A DNA stretch of 64,000 nt, taken from Acidobacteriota bacterium. Its GTDB lineage: Bacteria; Acidobacteriota; Thermoanaerobaculia; Multivoradales; JAHZIX01. Positions 26,588 through 36,118 of the stretch are shown here, piece after piece; position 1 is the stretch's first letter, and each line of letters opens with the position of its first letter. Location of the stretch: positions 67,102 to 131,101 of the forward strand of contig JBCCXL010000019.1 of the NCBI GenBank assembly GCA_039191605.1, read 5' to 3'. The position numbers and the translations under genes were made by a program. The notes under the pieces are model-generated. The model made no database searches. It had not been told where the DNA came from and saw only the letters and a program-made list of their open reading frames with translations.

Positions 26588-26994
26588 GCCTGCGCTGCCA
26601 GGCTCCGCCAGAGTCTCGTTCTCCACGAGCCTCTCCGGGCTCCCATCCCTAGGCTCCCGAGCGTTCCCGAGTCTCCCTAGAGCTACGGTCGCCCTAGCTG
26701 CATCTTCGTAGCTAGTTTCCGTAACTAGTCTCTGGAACTAAGGAGTGGGAGCCGGTCGGCCTTCCTCCACCGGAACGCTTCCACCGGTGCTCGCATCACT
26801 CCAACGCCAACGTGAGCAAGACTGGTCAGGGCTGCCCGCCATCGCGTTCTGCCTCTCTCCAACCAGCGACTCCTCCGACCTCTTCGCCGACTCCAATAGA
26901 AAACAGGCGGCCAGCCAGTACAGCTGCCGCCCGCCGTCGTTCGAGACCTCCCCCTCGTCGCTCACCGTACGACTGGAGGGCATCCCCAGCCTCG

Positions 26995-28500
26995 CTAACT
27001 CGCCTTGGTGACCTCGAAGCGAGCCTCGGCGTCGACATTGGCCCGCCTGAGGAAGGCAAGAACCTGAGGCAGTAGCCGCAGCGAATTGCGCTGGGACTCG
27101 AGGGCCTTGGAGAGGATCAGCAGAGCCGCGATGCTCTCGCGGTCGATGCGCAGCGCCTGGAAGGTAGTGAGAATATCCTCCACCAGGAGCCGGATCTCTA
27201 GCAGACGGCCTTCCTTAGCGATGAGCAAGGAGAGGTCGAGCCCCACCAGAGCGGCCTCGTAGGGCATCTCCAGCTCCTCGAATCCGGAGCGCGCCTCGAC
27301 AAAGGCGCGTTCGGCTGCCCTCGGGCGATGCAGGCCGGCGGCGATCTTGCCTTCGAGCCAGCGGCGCCGGAGGGAGAGCAGGGGATCCGCAAAGGTGCTG
27401 TACAACTCTCGGCTGTCTTCCAGCATGGACCAAGCTTCGGCGACCTTGCCCCCTTCGAGGGTGAAGAGAATGAGGTTGTGCAGGGCCATCGTCGCCAGAC
27501 GCTGGTCTCGCGAGCGATCGATGATGCGAAGTCCTTCTTCCAAAACCTCGACCGCTTCAACGGTTTGCCCTGCCTCGCCGAGCATCATCCCCTTCTGCAC
27601 CAGGATACGGCCTGCCGCGTGCACTTCATCGTGGCTGCGATAGACCTTGTGAGAACGATCCAGCAGCCGCAGAGCCTCAGCAAGACGCCGCTGGTCAGTG
27701 CGCAGCGAAGCCAGCAGGCTCAGCATACGGGCCTTCAGCAGCGGATCGCCGGTGCCTCGGCCCAGAGCGTGGAAGGCACCCTGGAAGACGACGTCGGCTC
27801 CGTCGAGATTGTTGCTGAGACGCAGGGCATTGCCCACCGCCCCTTGGGCTTCCGCCCTCAGATCCTGGATCAGCACCTGAGGCAAGTTATCGTCTCGCAG
27901 CGCTTCGGCGATCAGGGCCGCGGTTCGCGCCAGGGTCAGCATGCGGCGCGGATCGCTGTAGCGATACTCCGCGCTCTTGATCAGCATCGCGCGACATAGG
28001 GCCACGCTGCGATGCCGCGCACTGTTGCGAATCATCAGCTCCCGGCGGCCTTCCGGCTGCGTGAGTAAGGAGTCGAGCAGCCGCGGGGCATGCTCCTTTT
28101 CCTGCTGCACGCTGCGACGCTTGCTCCTCACCGTGGTGAGGACTCGCTGCAGGATGGAGTCGTAGGCTTCCGGAGGCGTCGCTTCCTCGGGAGCGGCAGC
28201 CTGAGTCACCAGGCTGGAGATCGAAGGACGGGCCTCGGTGGAGGAAGAGGAGGGAGCCGAATCACCGAAAGGAGCAGCTGGGGCGCTCTGGGCATCTTGG
28301 GAACCCGCAGCGAGGGGGCTATCCCCTTGAGTCTGATCATCGGCAACTTGAGGGTGATCGTGAGCCTCCCGTCCCTCCAGGTCGCTCTCCGCCGCCGGAA
28401 GGCTAACCGGAAGCTCTTCTCCCACCGCAATCTCATCCGCGCCCTTCAGGCGCCTCAATACTTCTAGAAAGGTGCTGCCGAGCTCTCCCCGATCTCCCAT
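26995..28500 (-). CDS. TPR-like helical-repeat protein with an N-terminal small domain and an S/A/P-rich low-complexity linker; start at ATG 28500 (ORF is open to TTG 28623)
   Basis: ATG 28500 has the RBS ggaga 8 nt upstream. The C-terminal ~300 aa are helical repeats of TPR type. The linker is a disordered acidic/Ser-rich stretch. Confidence 0.6.
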   Translation of the reverse strand: MGDRGELGSTFLEVLRRLKGADEIAVGEELPVSLPAAESDLEGREAHDHPQVADDQTQGDSPLAAGSQDAQSAPAAPFGDSAPSSSSTEARPSISSLVTQAAAPEEATPPEAYDSILQRVLTTVRSKRRSVQQEKEHAPRLLDSLLTQPEGRRELMIRNSARHRSVALCRAMLIKSAEYRYSDPRRMLTLARTAALIAEALRDDNLPQVLIQDLRAEAQGAVGNALRLSNNLDGADVVFQGAFHALGRGTGDPLLKARMLSLLASLRTDQRRLAEALRLLDRSHKVYRSHDEVHAAGRILVQKGMMLGEAGQTVEAVEVLEEGLRIIDRSRDQRLATMALHNLILFTLEGGKVAEAWSMLEDSRELYSTFADPLLSLRRRWLEGKIAAGLHRPRAAERAFVEARSGFEELEMPYEAALVGLDLSLLIAKEGRLLEIRLLVEDILTTFQALRIDRESIAALLILSKALESQRNSLRLLPQVLAFLRRANVDAEARFEVTKAS

Positions 28501-29171
28501 CTTGAGTATCTCCAAAATCTGTTGCGACGTTGTTACTTGATCATACCGTCTCAGGACAGCATGGTCCAGGGTGAGGCAGAGGAAACTTCCGCATTTACAG
28601 AAAAGTGACCTAGTAGGGGCCAACTTTCTTCGTGAGAGTCATAACGTGCTAATCCTGAATGCACGTCCTAGGAGCGTTGTCTCGGGCTTCTCCCTCGGAT
28701 ACGCAAGGAATGCATCAAGGTTGCGTTTCGACACCTAGCGGAAGAACCCAAGTATCGGCCATGGATAACGCCTTCACAGTACGTATCGTGCGTCAGCAGA
28801 TCGTCAGCTGATTTCGCTGGCGCGCCGGAATCCCCTGGTGCGGGCTCCCTTGACCGGACCACCTTGGACGGCTAACTCGGTCATCGGGAGGGCCTGGAAC
28901 ATCGCAAATCGAGCGTTCGGTTCTGAAAGCGATCAGACCTTGGGCAGGACACCTCGGTTGCCGCGGCGCAGCCTCAAGCTTGAGAGAACTCGATCCGCGC
29001 TTTTGATCGAGTGGACCGTATGGAGTGGGCTCTCTATGGAGCGGATTCTCTGTGGAACGCGTCCGTGAGAACCTGTCGAGGATCTCAAGATCCTCAAACG
29101 CTGTCTTCAACTCTTTAGTCCACAGTCCTCAGCCGCTCTCGGCTCTTGCTCAGCTAGGTCTCGAGGCACTC

Positions 29172-29435
29172 TTAGCCGTTGGGATCGACGCCACACCCTC
29201 GTTCCGGATCACCACCGGCGGGGCAGTTATCCACAGAATCTACGACCGCTCCACCCTGCGCCTCGATCAGCATCTCGAGAATCACGTCCACCGAACTCTC
29301 ATCGACTCCCTGCTGGGAAGTATCGGCGTCCGCAAAGGCAGGGACCGCCAAAACCATCACCAGTGCCAGGATCGAGAAGAGGGAGAGCAACGACTTGGCT
29401 ATACCCTTCGGGGACATGGGGCCTTTGTCTAGCAT
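29172..29435 (-). CDS. small secreted peptide precursor (87 aa; signal peptide + acidic mature peptide of about 52 aa with two Cys)
   Basis: Strong RBS aaggagac 8 nt before ATG 29435. Classical Sec signal KGIAKSLLSLFSILALVMVLAVPAFA/DADT. Mature part ...VDNCPAGGDPERGCGVDPNG. GC3 is lower than in core genes, consistent with the AT-rich island. Confidence 0.45.
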   Translation of the reverse strand: MLDKGPMSPKGIAKSLLSLFSILALVMVLAVPAFADADTSQQGVDESSVDVILEMLIEAQGGAVVDSVDNCPAGGDPERGCGVDPNG

Positions 29436-29519
29436 TGGGGGGTCTCCTTTGTTTCGTCTACTGGATTCTCCTCATGGCATCACAAGCTTCATGGGGAATC
29501 CTTCATGGCATGGAAATTC

Positions 29520-29560
29520 CTTTTATACTGACAGAGGTTTCGCGAGATTCACCGAATCTC
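29520..29560 (-). promoter_or_regulatory. candidate promoter (-10 gtataaaa) with a perfect palindromic operator (gagattcggtgaatctc) for the small-peptide gene
   Basis: Read on the minus strand: gagattc-ggt-gaatctc (7-bp inverted repeat) lies 16 nt upstream of gTATAAAa. A leader of about 85 nt then runs to the SD. Confidence 0.3.
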
Positions 29561-29752
29561 GTCGAAATTCTTATAAAAAAAGGAGTTAGGGGTTCTTCGA
29601 AAGTAAACCTTACCCTCCCAGAGTAAATACAACCAAAAAAAGTAGGCGGCGCAAAATGAGAAACTTGCGCGAAAAGTACAGACCTGGAGCCGCCAATCAA
29701 TCTCGAAATAAATCGATCGATTTCTTTAACCTATATTCCAAACCTTTTAATT

Positions 29753-30151
29753 CTAATTTTTCGGTGGCACCCGAGGCCAGCGACGCAACAGCACCGGCAC
29801 AAGAAAAAAGATTCCCATCACGCCCCACGCCCAGATCGGAACCAGGGGCAATGCCTGCTGCGCTACCGCCGGCTCCATGGACCACACCAACAGAACGAGG
29901 CCCGCGGGGCCGATGGTGTAGACGATCAAGAGATGGCGCGAGAAAGCCTTTCGCTGCTGCTCATCAAGAGCTCGGCGACGCTGAACATAGAGGTTCCCGG
30001 CAACCCACCCGAGGGCGCCACAGAGCAGGTAATACCCCTGCAGGGTGGTCTCTAGAGTGCCGGCGAAGGAAATCCAGCCGAGGCCGTGCAGCAGGCTGCT
30101 GATCCAGGCGGCGAGAAAGAGGCCGGAAAGAACGATCTCTAGGTGCCGCAT
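29753..30151 (-). CDS. small integral membrane protein (4 predicted TM)
   Basis: ATG ORF with four hydrophobic segments. No family recognised. Confidence 0.55.
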   Translation of the reverse strand: MRHLEIVLSGLFLAAWISSLLHGLGWISFAGTLETTLQGYYLLCGALGWVAGNLYVQRRRALDEQQRKAFSRHLLIVYTIGPAGLVLLVWSMEPAVAQQALPLVPIWAWGVMGIFFLVPVLLRRWPRVPPKN

Positions 30152-30228
30152 CGGGATATCGACTCACCCATCGAAGGGCAGGGCGTCGAAGCGCCGTCGG
30201 CGACTCGACGCCTCGCGCCCCTTGGTCG

Positions 30229-31785
30229 TTACTCCTGATCCCTTGCCGGAGCCCAGGCGAGGATCGGCTGACGCGCAGCACGCTTCTCGTCGCAGCGCCG
30301 CACGGGGGTAGTGTAGGGCGCTCCCTTGACCAGTTCCGGATGGTTCTCGGCCTCGTCGGCGATGGAGCGCATCGCGTCGATGAAGCTATCCAAATCTTCC
30401 TGCGCCACGGTCTCCGTCGGCTCGATGAGCAGCGCGCCGGAAACGATGGTGGGGAAATACACCGTCGGCGGATGGAAGCCATAGTCCATCAGTCGCTTCG
30501 CGATATCCAGGGTGCTGACCCCATTGGCCTGCTGCGTCTTGTCGGAGAACACTACCTCGTGCATCGACGGCCCGACATAGGGCATGTGGTACTTGCCTTC
30601 GAGGCCCCGACGCACGTAATTCGCGTTCAGCACGGCGTTCTCCGCCACCTGCGCCAGCCCCTCTCCACCCATCGCCCAGATGTAGGCCAAGGCCCGTACC
30701 GCCATGCCGAATTGACCGTGGAAGGAGCGCACTCGGCCGATGGACTGGGCGCGATCGAAGTCCTGGTAGAAGGTTCCGTCCTCTCGCTTCTCCACCATCG
30801 GCACCGGCAGGAAGGGCGCCAGCTCCGGACCGGCGGCCACCGGGCCACTTCCCGGCCCGCCGCCACCGTGAGGCGTGGTGAAGGTCTTGTGGAGGTTCAT
30901 GTGCAGCACGTCCACGCCCATATCCCCGGGCAGCACCTTGCCCACGAAGGCGTTGAAGTTGGCGCCGTCGCAGTAGAGAAAGGCACCCTTGGAGTGGACG
31001 ATGCGGGCGATGTCCAGGATCTGGTCTTCGAAAACGCCCAGGGTGTTCGGCACCGTCAGCATCAGCGCCGCCACGTCCTCGTTCATCGAGCGCTCGAGGT
31101 CCTCTAGGTCCAGGGTGCCGTGTTCGTTGGACAGCAGCTCCCGCACCTCGAAGCCAGCGAAGCGAGCGGAGGCCGGGTTGGTGCCGTGGGCTGAGTCTGG
31201 AATCAGCACCGTCTTGCGCTCTTCGCCTCGGGCCTCCAGAGCAGCCCTCACCAGCGCGATACCGGTGAGCTCGCCCTGGGCTCCCGCCGCCGGCTGCAGG
31301 CTGACTCGCTCGAGGCCGGTGAGCCGAATCAAGGCTTGCTCCAGCTCCCACAGCAGCTCGAGGTTGCCCTGCACCGTCGCCTCCGGCTGCAGCGGATGGC
31401 TGTCGCCGAAGCCGCGCAGCCGGGCGACTTCCTCGTTGATTCGCGGGTTGTACTTCATCGTGCAGCTGCCGAGAGGGTAGAGGCCCAGATCCGGCGTGTA
31501 ATTGCGCCGCGATAGGCGGGTGAAATGGCGCAGCACGTCGACCTCGGAAACCTCCGGCAGGCCTTCCACCGACGGTCGGATCAGCTCTTCCGGCAACAGC
31601 TCGGAAAGGGGGCGCTCATCGACCCCGCTCTCCTCGAGCTGTACGCCAATGCGTCCCGGACGCCCTACTTCGAAGAGCAGGGGGGGATGGCGCCAGCCGA
31701 TGCTCGGCTGTTGCGCAGCCTGCGTTGGCTCGTCGGTGGACTGTCCTGATGCGGTGCTAGAAGCTGGGGTCGTGGATTCGGCCAT
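30229..31785 (-). CDS. gcvPB: glycine dehydrogenase (decarboxylating) subunit 2 (P-protein C-terminal subunit)
   Basis: PLP-binding region and GcvPB hallmarks (GSCTMKYNPRINE, LHKTF...HGGGGPG). Confidence 0.9.
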   Translation of the reverse strand: MAESTTPASSTASGQSTDEPTQAAQQPSIGWRHPPLLFEVGRPGRIGVQLEESGVDERPLSELLPEELIRPSVEGLPEVSEVDVLRHFTRLSRRNYTPDLGLYPLGSCTMKYNPRINEEVARLRGFGDSHPLQPEATVQGNLELLWELEQALIRLTGLERVSLQPAAGAQGELTGIALVRAALEARGEERKTVLIPDSAHGTNPASARFAGFEVRELLSNEHGTLDLEDLERSMNEDVAALMLTVPNTLGVFEDQILDIARIVHSKGAFLYCDGANFNAFVGKVLPGDMGVDVLHMNLHKTFTTPHGGGGPGSGPVAAGPELAPFLPVPMVEKREDGTFYQDFDRAQSIGRVRSFHGQFGMAVRALAYIWAMGGEGLAQVAENAVLNANYVRRGLEGKYHMPYVGPSMHEVVFSDKTQQANGVSTLDIAKRLMDYGFHPPTVYFPTIVSGALLIEPTETVAQEDLDSFIDAMRSIADEAENHPELVKGAPYTTPVRRCDEKRAARQPILAWAPARDQE

Positions 31786-31976
31786 GACTCTCTCAACGAT
31801 AGTTGGGCGATATCTTCGATGAAGGGCAGGGGCTTGGGCTCAGTAGCTTAGGATCAGAAGCTTGGGCTCAGCGTCGGACCACGGGCGAGATGGGTGCTGT
31901 GGTCGTGGTGTATGGACTCGATCGCGGGCGCGCTCAGCGCGCTTCGAGGGCGGCGATCAGACCATGGAAACTCAGA

Positions 31977-33401
31977 TCAGACCGAAACCGTGCGGGCGAT
32001 CTGCCGATCCTGGCGGGCCCGCAGCTGGCGCACCAGCTCTTCCAGCTCCTCCGGCTGGTTGCTCTCGGTGACCGCTACCAGGAAGCAGTCGTCCAGCTCC
32101 GGATAGTCGGGACCGAGGGGAACGCCAGCGAGCACTCCGTGGGCGGCGAGATCCTGCACCAATTCGGCGGCGGGCTCGCCGGCGCGAACGGTGAACTCGT
32201 TGAAGCAGGGCGAGGCGAAGCGGCTGGAGAAGTCCTCTTCGCCATCGATGGCGCGGCGCAGCGCGGTGGCCCGCTGGAGGTTGATCTCCGCCAGGCGCCG
32301 TAATCCCTCACGACCGTGGAGCCCGAGGTAGACCGTCGCCGCCAGGGCGCAAAGAGCCTGGTTGGTGCAGATATTCGACGTCGCTTTCTCGCGGCGGATG
32401 TGCTGTTCGCGGGTCGCCAGGGTGAGCACGAAGGCGCGCTCCCCGTTGGCATCGACGGTCTGTCCCGCCAGACGCCCGGGCATCGAGCGCAGGAAACGCT
32501 CAGAGGCCGCGAAGAAGCCGAGATAGGGGCCACCGTAGGACAGCGGCAGACCGAAACTGCGGGCCTCGCCAACGGCGATATCGCAGCCTCCTTCCCCGGG
32601 ACTCTGCAGCAGCGCCAGGCTCAACGCCTCGGCCACCACGCCGATGCTGATGGCGCCGGCCTCCGCCGCCGGCTGCGAGACCCGCTCCCAGGGCTCTACG
32701 ACGCCAAAGTAATTCGGCGACTGCACGGCGACGCAGGAGACCGTCTCGTCCAGCACCGAGGCGAGCTCCTCCACGTCCACCCGACCGCTCTCGTCCCAGC
32801 CCACTTCGACGATCTCCAGATCGAGGTTGCGGGCGTAGGTACGCAAGGTCTGGCGATATTCCGGATGCACGCTGCGAGCGACCACCACCCGGCGGCGCTT
32901 GCGCTGCACTCGATCCGCCATCAACACCCCCTCGGTGAACGCCGTCGCTCCTTCGTAGAGAGACGCGTTGGCCACCGGGAGACCGGTGAGCAGGGAGATG
33001 AAGGTCTGGAACTCGAAGATGCTCTGCAGCGTCCCCTGACTCACCTCCGGCTGGTATGGCGTATACACCGTGAGGAACTCGGAGCGCTCCAGAATCGGAT
33101 CGAGCAGGGCCGGCACGTCGTGGCGGTAGGCCCCTGCCCCCAGGAAGGAGATCAAGTCGCGACCGGCAACCTGATTCTTTCCCTGGAGGGCGTCGAAAGC
33201 ACTCCGCAGTTGACGATCCGAGAGCGGGCCTTCGACGTCCACCGGCTCCTGCAGCAGGATCTCCTGTGGCAGGGAGTCGAAAAGGCGATCGATGGATTCA
33301 GCGCCGAGGGCGTCGAGCATCACTCGACGATCTTCGGCACCGGAGGGCAAATAGCGATGGCCGGAGAGAGCTCCAGCGGAATTCTTCGAATCTTCGCTCA
33401 T
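31977..33401 (-). CDS. gcvPA: glycine dehydrogenase (decarboxylating) subunit 1 (P-protein N-terminal subunit)
   Basis: Typical GcvPA N terminus (RYLPSGAEDRRVMLDALG). Position between gcvH and gcvPB. Confidence 0.9.
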   Translation of the reverse strand: MSEDSKNSAGALSGHRYLPSGAEDRRVMLDALGAESIDRLFDSLPQEILLQEPVDVEGPLSDRQLRSAFDALQGKNQVAGRDLISFLGAGAYRHDVPALLDPILERSEFLTVYTPYQPEVSQGTLQSIFEFQTFISLLTGLPVANASLYEGATAFTEGVLMADRVQRKRRRVVVARSVHPEYRQTLRTYARNLDLEIVEVGWDESGRVDVEELASVLDETVSCVAVQSPNYFGVVEPWERVSQPAAEAGAISIGVVAEALSLALLQSPGEGGCDIAVGEARSFGLPLSYGGPYLGFFAASERFLRSMPGRLAGQTVDANGERAFVLTLATREQHIRREKATSNICTNQALCALAATVYLGLHGREGLRRLAEINLQRATALRRAIDGEEDFSSRFASPCFNEFTVRAGEPAAELVQDLAAHGVLAGVPLGPDYPELDDCFLVAVTESNQPEELEELVRQLRARQDRQIARTVSV

Positions 33402-33905
33402 ATCGAGGGGGCTTCCGATGTCTGCTGCTGCGGGCTTCGGATCGAGGGGGGATTCCCGAATCAGATCCGCAGAGGGGTCAGGGTTTGAGCCTGGGCGGTA
33501 GCGACAGCGCCTGGGGGAGAGGAGCGGCGGGAGGTGAGTGCAGAAAGGGTGGTTCGTTAGGCGGGAGTGGTGGAGGCGGGCAGATCCGGTGGGATCGAAG
33601 GACGAGTGGAGCGGAGGAGGGAAGCGGTGAGCGCTGTGGGACGAGCCGTGACTGACAAGATCTCCGAGCCGCTAAGGTCTCCGACCCACAAGGTCTACAA
33701 GCGATAAAGCCTTCGACAGCCTCTTCTTCGACGGCCTCGGGAATCTGTCGCCAAGCCCAATCATCAAGTTGGTCCTTCGAGATCAATCCGTTGGGGAATC
33801 CCTCGTCGTTTCATGGTGCGTCAGCGGGTTCGTTGGCCGCTCAATCATTCAGGCAAGCGAAGTAGGCGATGGAGACGGGCAATCGGGACGCGCAGACTTG
33901 TCAAT

Positions 33906-33953
33906 CGAAGCCAGCCAGTCGAAGCCAGCCAGTCGAAGCCAGCCAGTCGAAAG
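33906..33953. repeat. perfect 14-bp tandem repeat x3.4 (tcgaagccagccag) just 3' of gcvH
   Basis: Three exact units plus a partial fourth. It lies in the unusually long gcvH-gcvPA spacer of 567 bp. Confidence 0.8.
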
Positions 33954-33968
33954 GCTCCGTCGCCGGAA

Positions 33969-34364
33969 TCAGTCGCCCTGGGTGAAGCTCTCGTAGGCCT
34001 CGGCATCCATCAAGGACTTCAGCTCGTCCTCGTTGTTGAATCGAACCTTGACCATCCAGCCGTCACCGTGAGCGTCTTCGTTGATCACTTCTGCATCATC
34101 CGCCAGCGCATCGTTAACCTCTACCACCTCTCCAGAGAGAGGCGAGTAAATCTCGGCCACGGCCTTCACCGATTCCACCGTTCCGATCTCGTCCCCGGCG
34201 TCGAAGACATGTCCCACCGTCGGGAGCTCGACGAAGACCACGTCCCCGAGCTGGTTCTGGGCGAAGGAGGTAATGCCGACGATGGCCACATCCCCCTCCA
34301 CCTTCACCCATTCATGTTCGTTCGAGTACAGGTAGTCCTTTGGATACATGGAAACTCTCTCCAT
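33969..34364 (-). CDS. gcvH: glycine cleavage system H protein (lipoyl carrier)
   Basis: Lipoyl-lysine motif VESVKAV. N terminus MYPKDYLYSNEHEWVKVEG (likely start at the MYPK Met). Confidence 0.9.
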   Translation of the reverse strand: MERVSMYPKDYLYSNEHEWVKVEGDVAIVGITSFAQNQLGDVVFVELPTVGHVFDAGDEIGTVESVKAVAEIYSPLSGEVVEVNDALADDAEVINEDAHGDGWMVKVRFNNEDELKSLMDAEAYESFTQGD

Positions 34365-34512
34365 TGAGCCGCCGGGATTCCGCCGGAGATCCTTGGAGCG
34401 AGGAAAACCAAGGGGGCGGAGGACCGTAGAGCTGACGGTCTATCGAGGTGCGGCGATGATGTCCTGGGTTGGGACCTGAGGGGGTACCCGGAGTGGATTC
34501 AGGAAAGCGCGA

Positions 34513-35613
34513 TCAGGAGCGCCGGTAGAAGGGGGTCTTGACGATTTGCGCCGCGATCTTCCTGCCGCGCACCGAGATGGCGAGGGGGGTTCCCTCCGCC
34601 GCGAGCTGGCGAGGAACGTAGGCCATGCCCAAGGCTTTTTGAAAGGTCGGGCTGAAGGTCCCGCTGGTGACCCGACCGACCACGTCGGCTCCCACCACTA
34701 TCTCGTGGCCCTGGCGGGCGATGCCTCGTTCCTTGAGCTCGAAGCCCACCAGGCGCCGGGAGACGCCGCTGAGTCGCTGATCCATCAAGGCCTTTCGGCC
34801 GATGAAGTCGCCGGCATCGATCTTCACGGTCCAGTCAAGACCGGCTTCCCACGGCGTCACCGAGTCGTCGATCTCGTGACCGTAAAGGGCCATGCCCGCC
34901 TCCAGACGCAGGGTGTCGCGAGCCCCGAGGCCCGCGGGAATCAAGCCGCTGGGAGATCCGGCCTCGATCAGTCGTCGCCACACGGCGAGGGCATCATCGC
35001 TGTGCAGATAGAGCTCGAAGCCGTCCTCTCCGGTATACCCCGTACGCGACACCAGGGCGGTCACCCCGGCCACCTTGCCGACGGAGAAGCGGTAGTAACG
35101 CAGCGCTCCGATCTCCACGTCGGTGAGGGGGGCCAAGATCTCCGACGCCTTCGGGCCCTGGAGCGCCAGGAGGGCATATTGGGAGGAGATGTCTTCCACC
35201 CGAACCCCCTGATCGCAATGCCCCTGGATCCAGGCGAAATCTTCGTCGACGTTGGCGGCGTTGACCACCAGCATGTATTCCTCCGGCGCGAGGCGATAGA
35301 TCAGAAGATCGTCGCGATAGGTGCCCTCTTCCGTCAGCAGAGCGCTGTAGTGGGCTCGCCCGGGCTTCAGCTTCGACACGTCGTTCGGGGTCAGCCACTG
35401 CAGGAAGTCTTCGGCACCGGGGCCCGACACTCGCAGCTCCCCCATGTGGGAAACATCGAAGAGACCGGCGGCGTTGCGCACCGCGGTGTGCTCGTCCACG
35501 AGGCCGGAATATTGCACCGGCAGCTCCCAGCCAGCGAAAGGAACAAGGCGTCCACCGGCCTCAATATGAGCCTGGTGGAGGGGCGATCGCCGCAGGGTCT
35601 CAGAATCACTCAT
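34513..35613 (-). CDS. gcvT: aminomethyltransferase (glycine cleavage T protein)
   Basis: N terminus ...[27 protein letters not shown]...GLFDVSHMG is canonical GcvT. Confidence 0.9.
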   Translation of the reverse strand: MSDSETLRRSPLHQAHIEAGGRLVPFAGWELPVQYSGLVDEHTAVRNAAGLFDVSHMGELRVSGPGAEDFLQWLTPNDVSKLKPGRAHYSALLTEEGTYRDDLLIYRLAPEEYMLVVNAANVDEDFAWIQGHCDQGVRVEDISSQYALLALQGPKASEILAPLTDVEIGALRYYRFSVGKVAGVTALVSRTGYTGEDGFELYLHSDDALAVWRRLIEAGSPSGLIPAGLGARDTLRLEAGMALYGHEIDDSVTPWEAGLDWTVKIDAGDFIGRKALMDQRLSGVSRRLVGFELKERGIARQGHEIVVGADVVGRVTSGTFSPTFQKALGMAYVPRQLAAEGTPLAISVRGRKIAAQIVKTPFYRRS

Positions 35614-36118
35614 AGGGATTGGGGGTTGCGTTTTTTCAGCGCGCGAACCGGCCTGAAGCTATCACACTCCTAAGCCGTCCCCGGCACCCCGGCCACGGCA
35701 CCCAACACCCAGCGCCACAGCCCCCCTCTGGGAGCGCGTGTCGCCCCGGGCTCTCCCGGCCCACTCCTCTCTCAATTCGTCGACAGCCTGACTCCCCCGC
35801 ACCGAGGCACCGAAAGAAAAAAGCTCTTTTCCGCGCAAGATCGGCGATGGGTAGTGGTTTCACCTTCGACACGAGGGAATGGAGGAAACAGCGGCGCGCC
35901 GCGAAACCTTCGGACCGGGCCCAGCCCGAGGCCAGCACCACCGCCGCCCTTCACCGCTGAACATCCCTCGAAACAACAAGACCGAAGCGACTCATCGAGA
36001 ACCCATAGGAAACCCATACAAGACAGTCAATTCCGGCCTGGACAACGTGGATCCAAACCGAACCGACCGAGACGGAGCGGCTCCAGAGAAATCAGGCCGC
36101 AAACCAAGGAGCTCAATC

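Noticed and set aside
26745-27011. 88-aa GTG ORF with an upstream aaggag in the XRE-TPR convergent spacer.
   Set aside because: The SD-to-start spacing is only 2 nt. The product is low-complexity (S/P-rich). It overlaps the 3' end of the TPR gene on the opposite strand. Unlikely to be real, but not excluded.
28630-29170. RNase P RNA, tmRNA or SRP RNA in the ORF-free mid-GC region.
   Set aside because: I could not find the universal conserved blocks, for example GGTGCGGTAAGAGCGCACC-type P4/P10-12 elements, a tag-peptide reading frame with a terminal CCA, or the SRP domain IV motif. An unclassified sRNA is still possible.
35614-36118. Glycine riboswitch upstream of gcvT.
   Set aside because: I searched both the gcvT upstream region and the gcvH-gcvPA spacer, on the minus strand, for the conserved ACCGAAGGGGCAA / GGAGAG cores. 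I found only weak partial matches (ccgaaggtttcg). I could not run a covariance model, so this remains untested rather than disproved.
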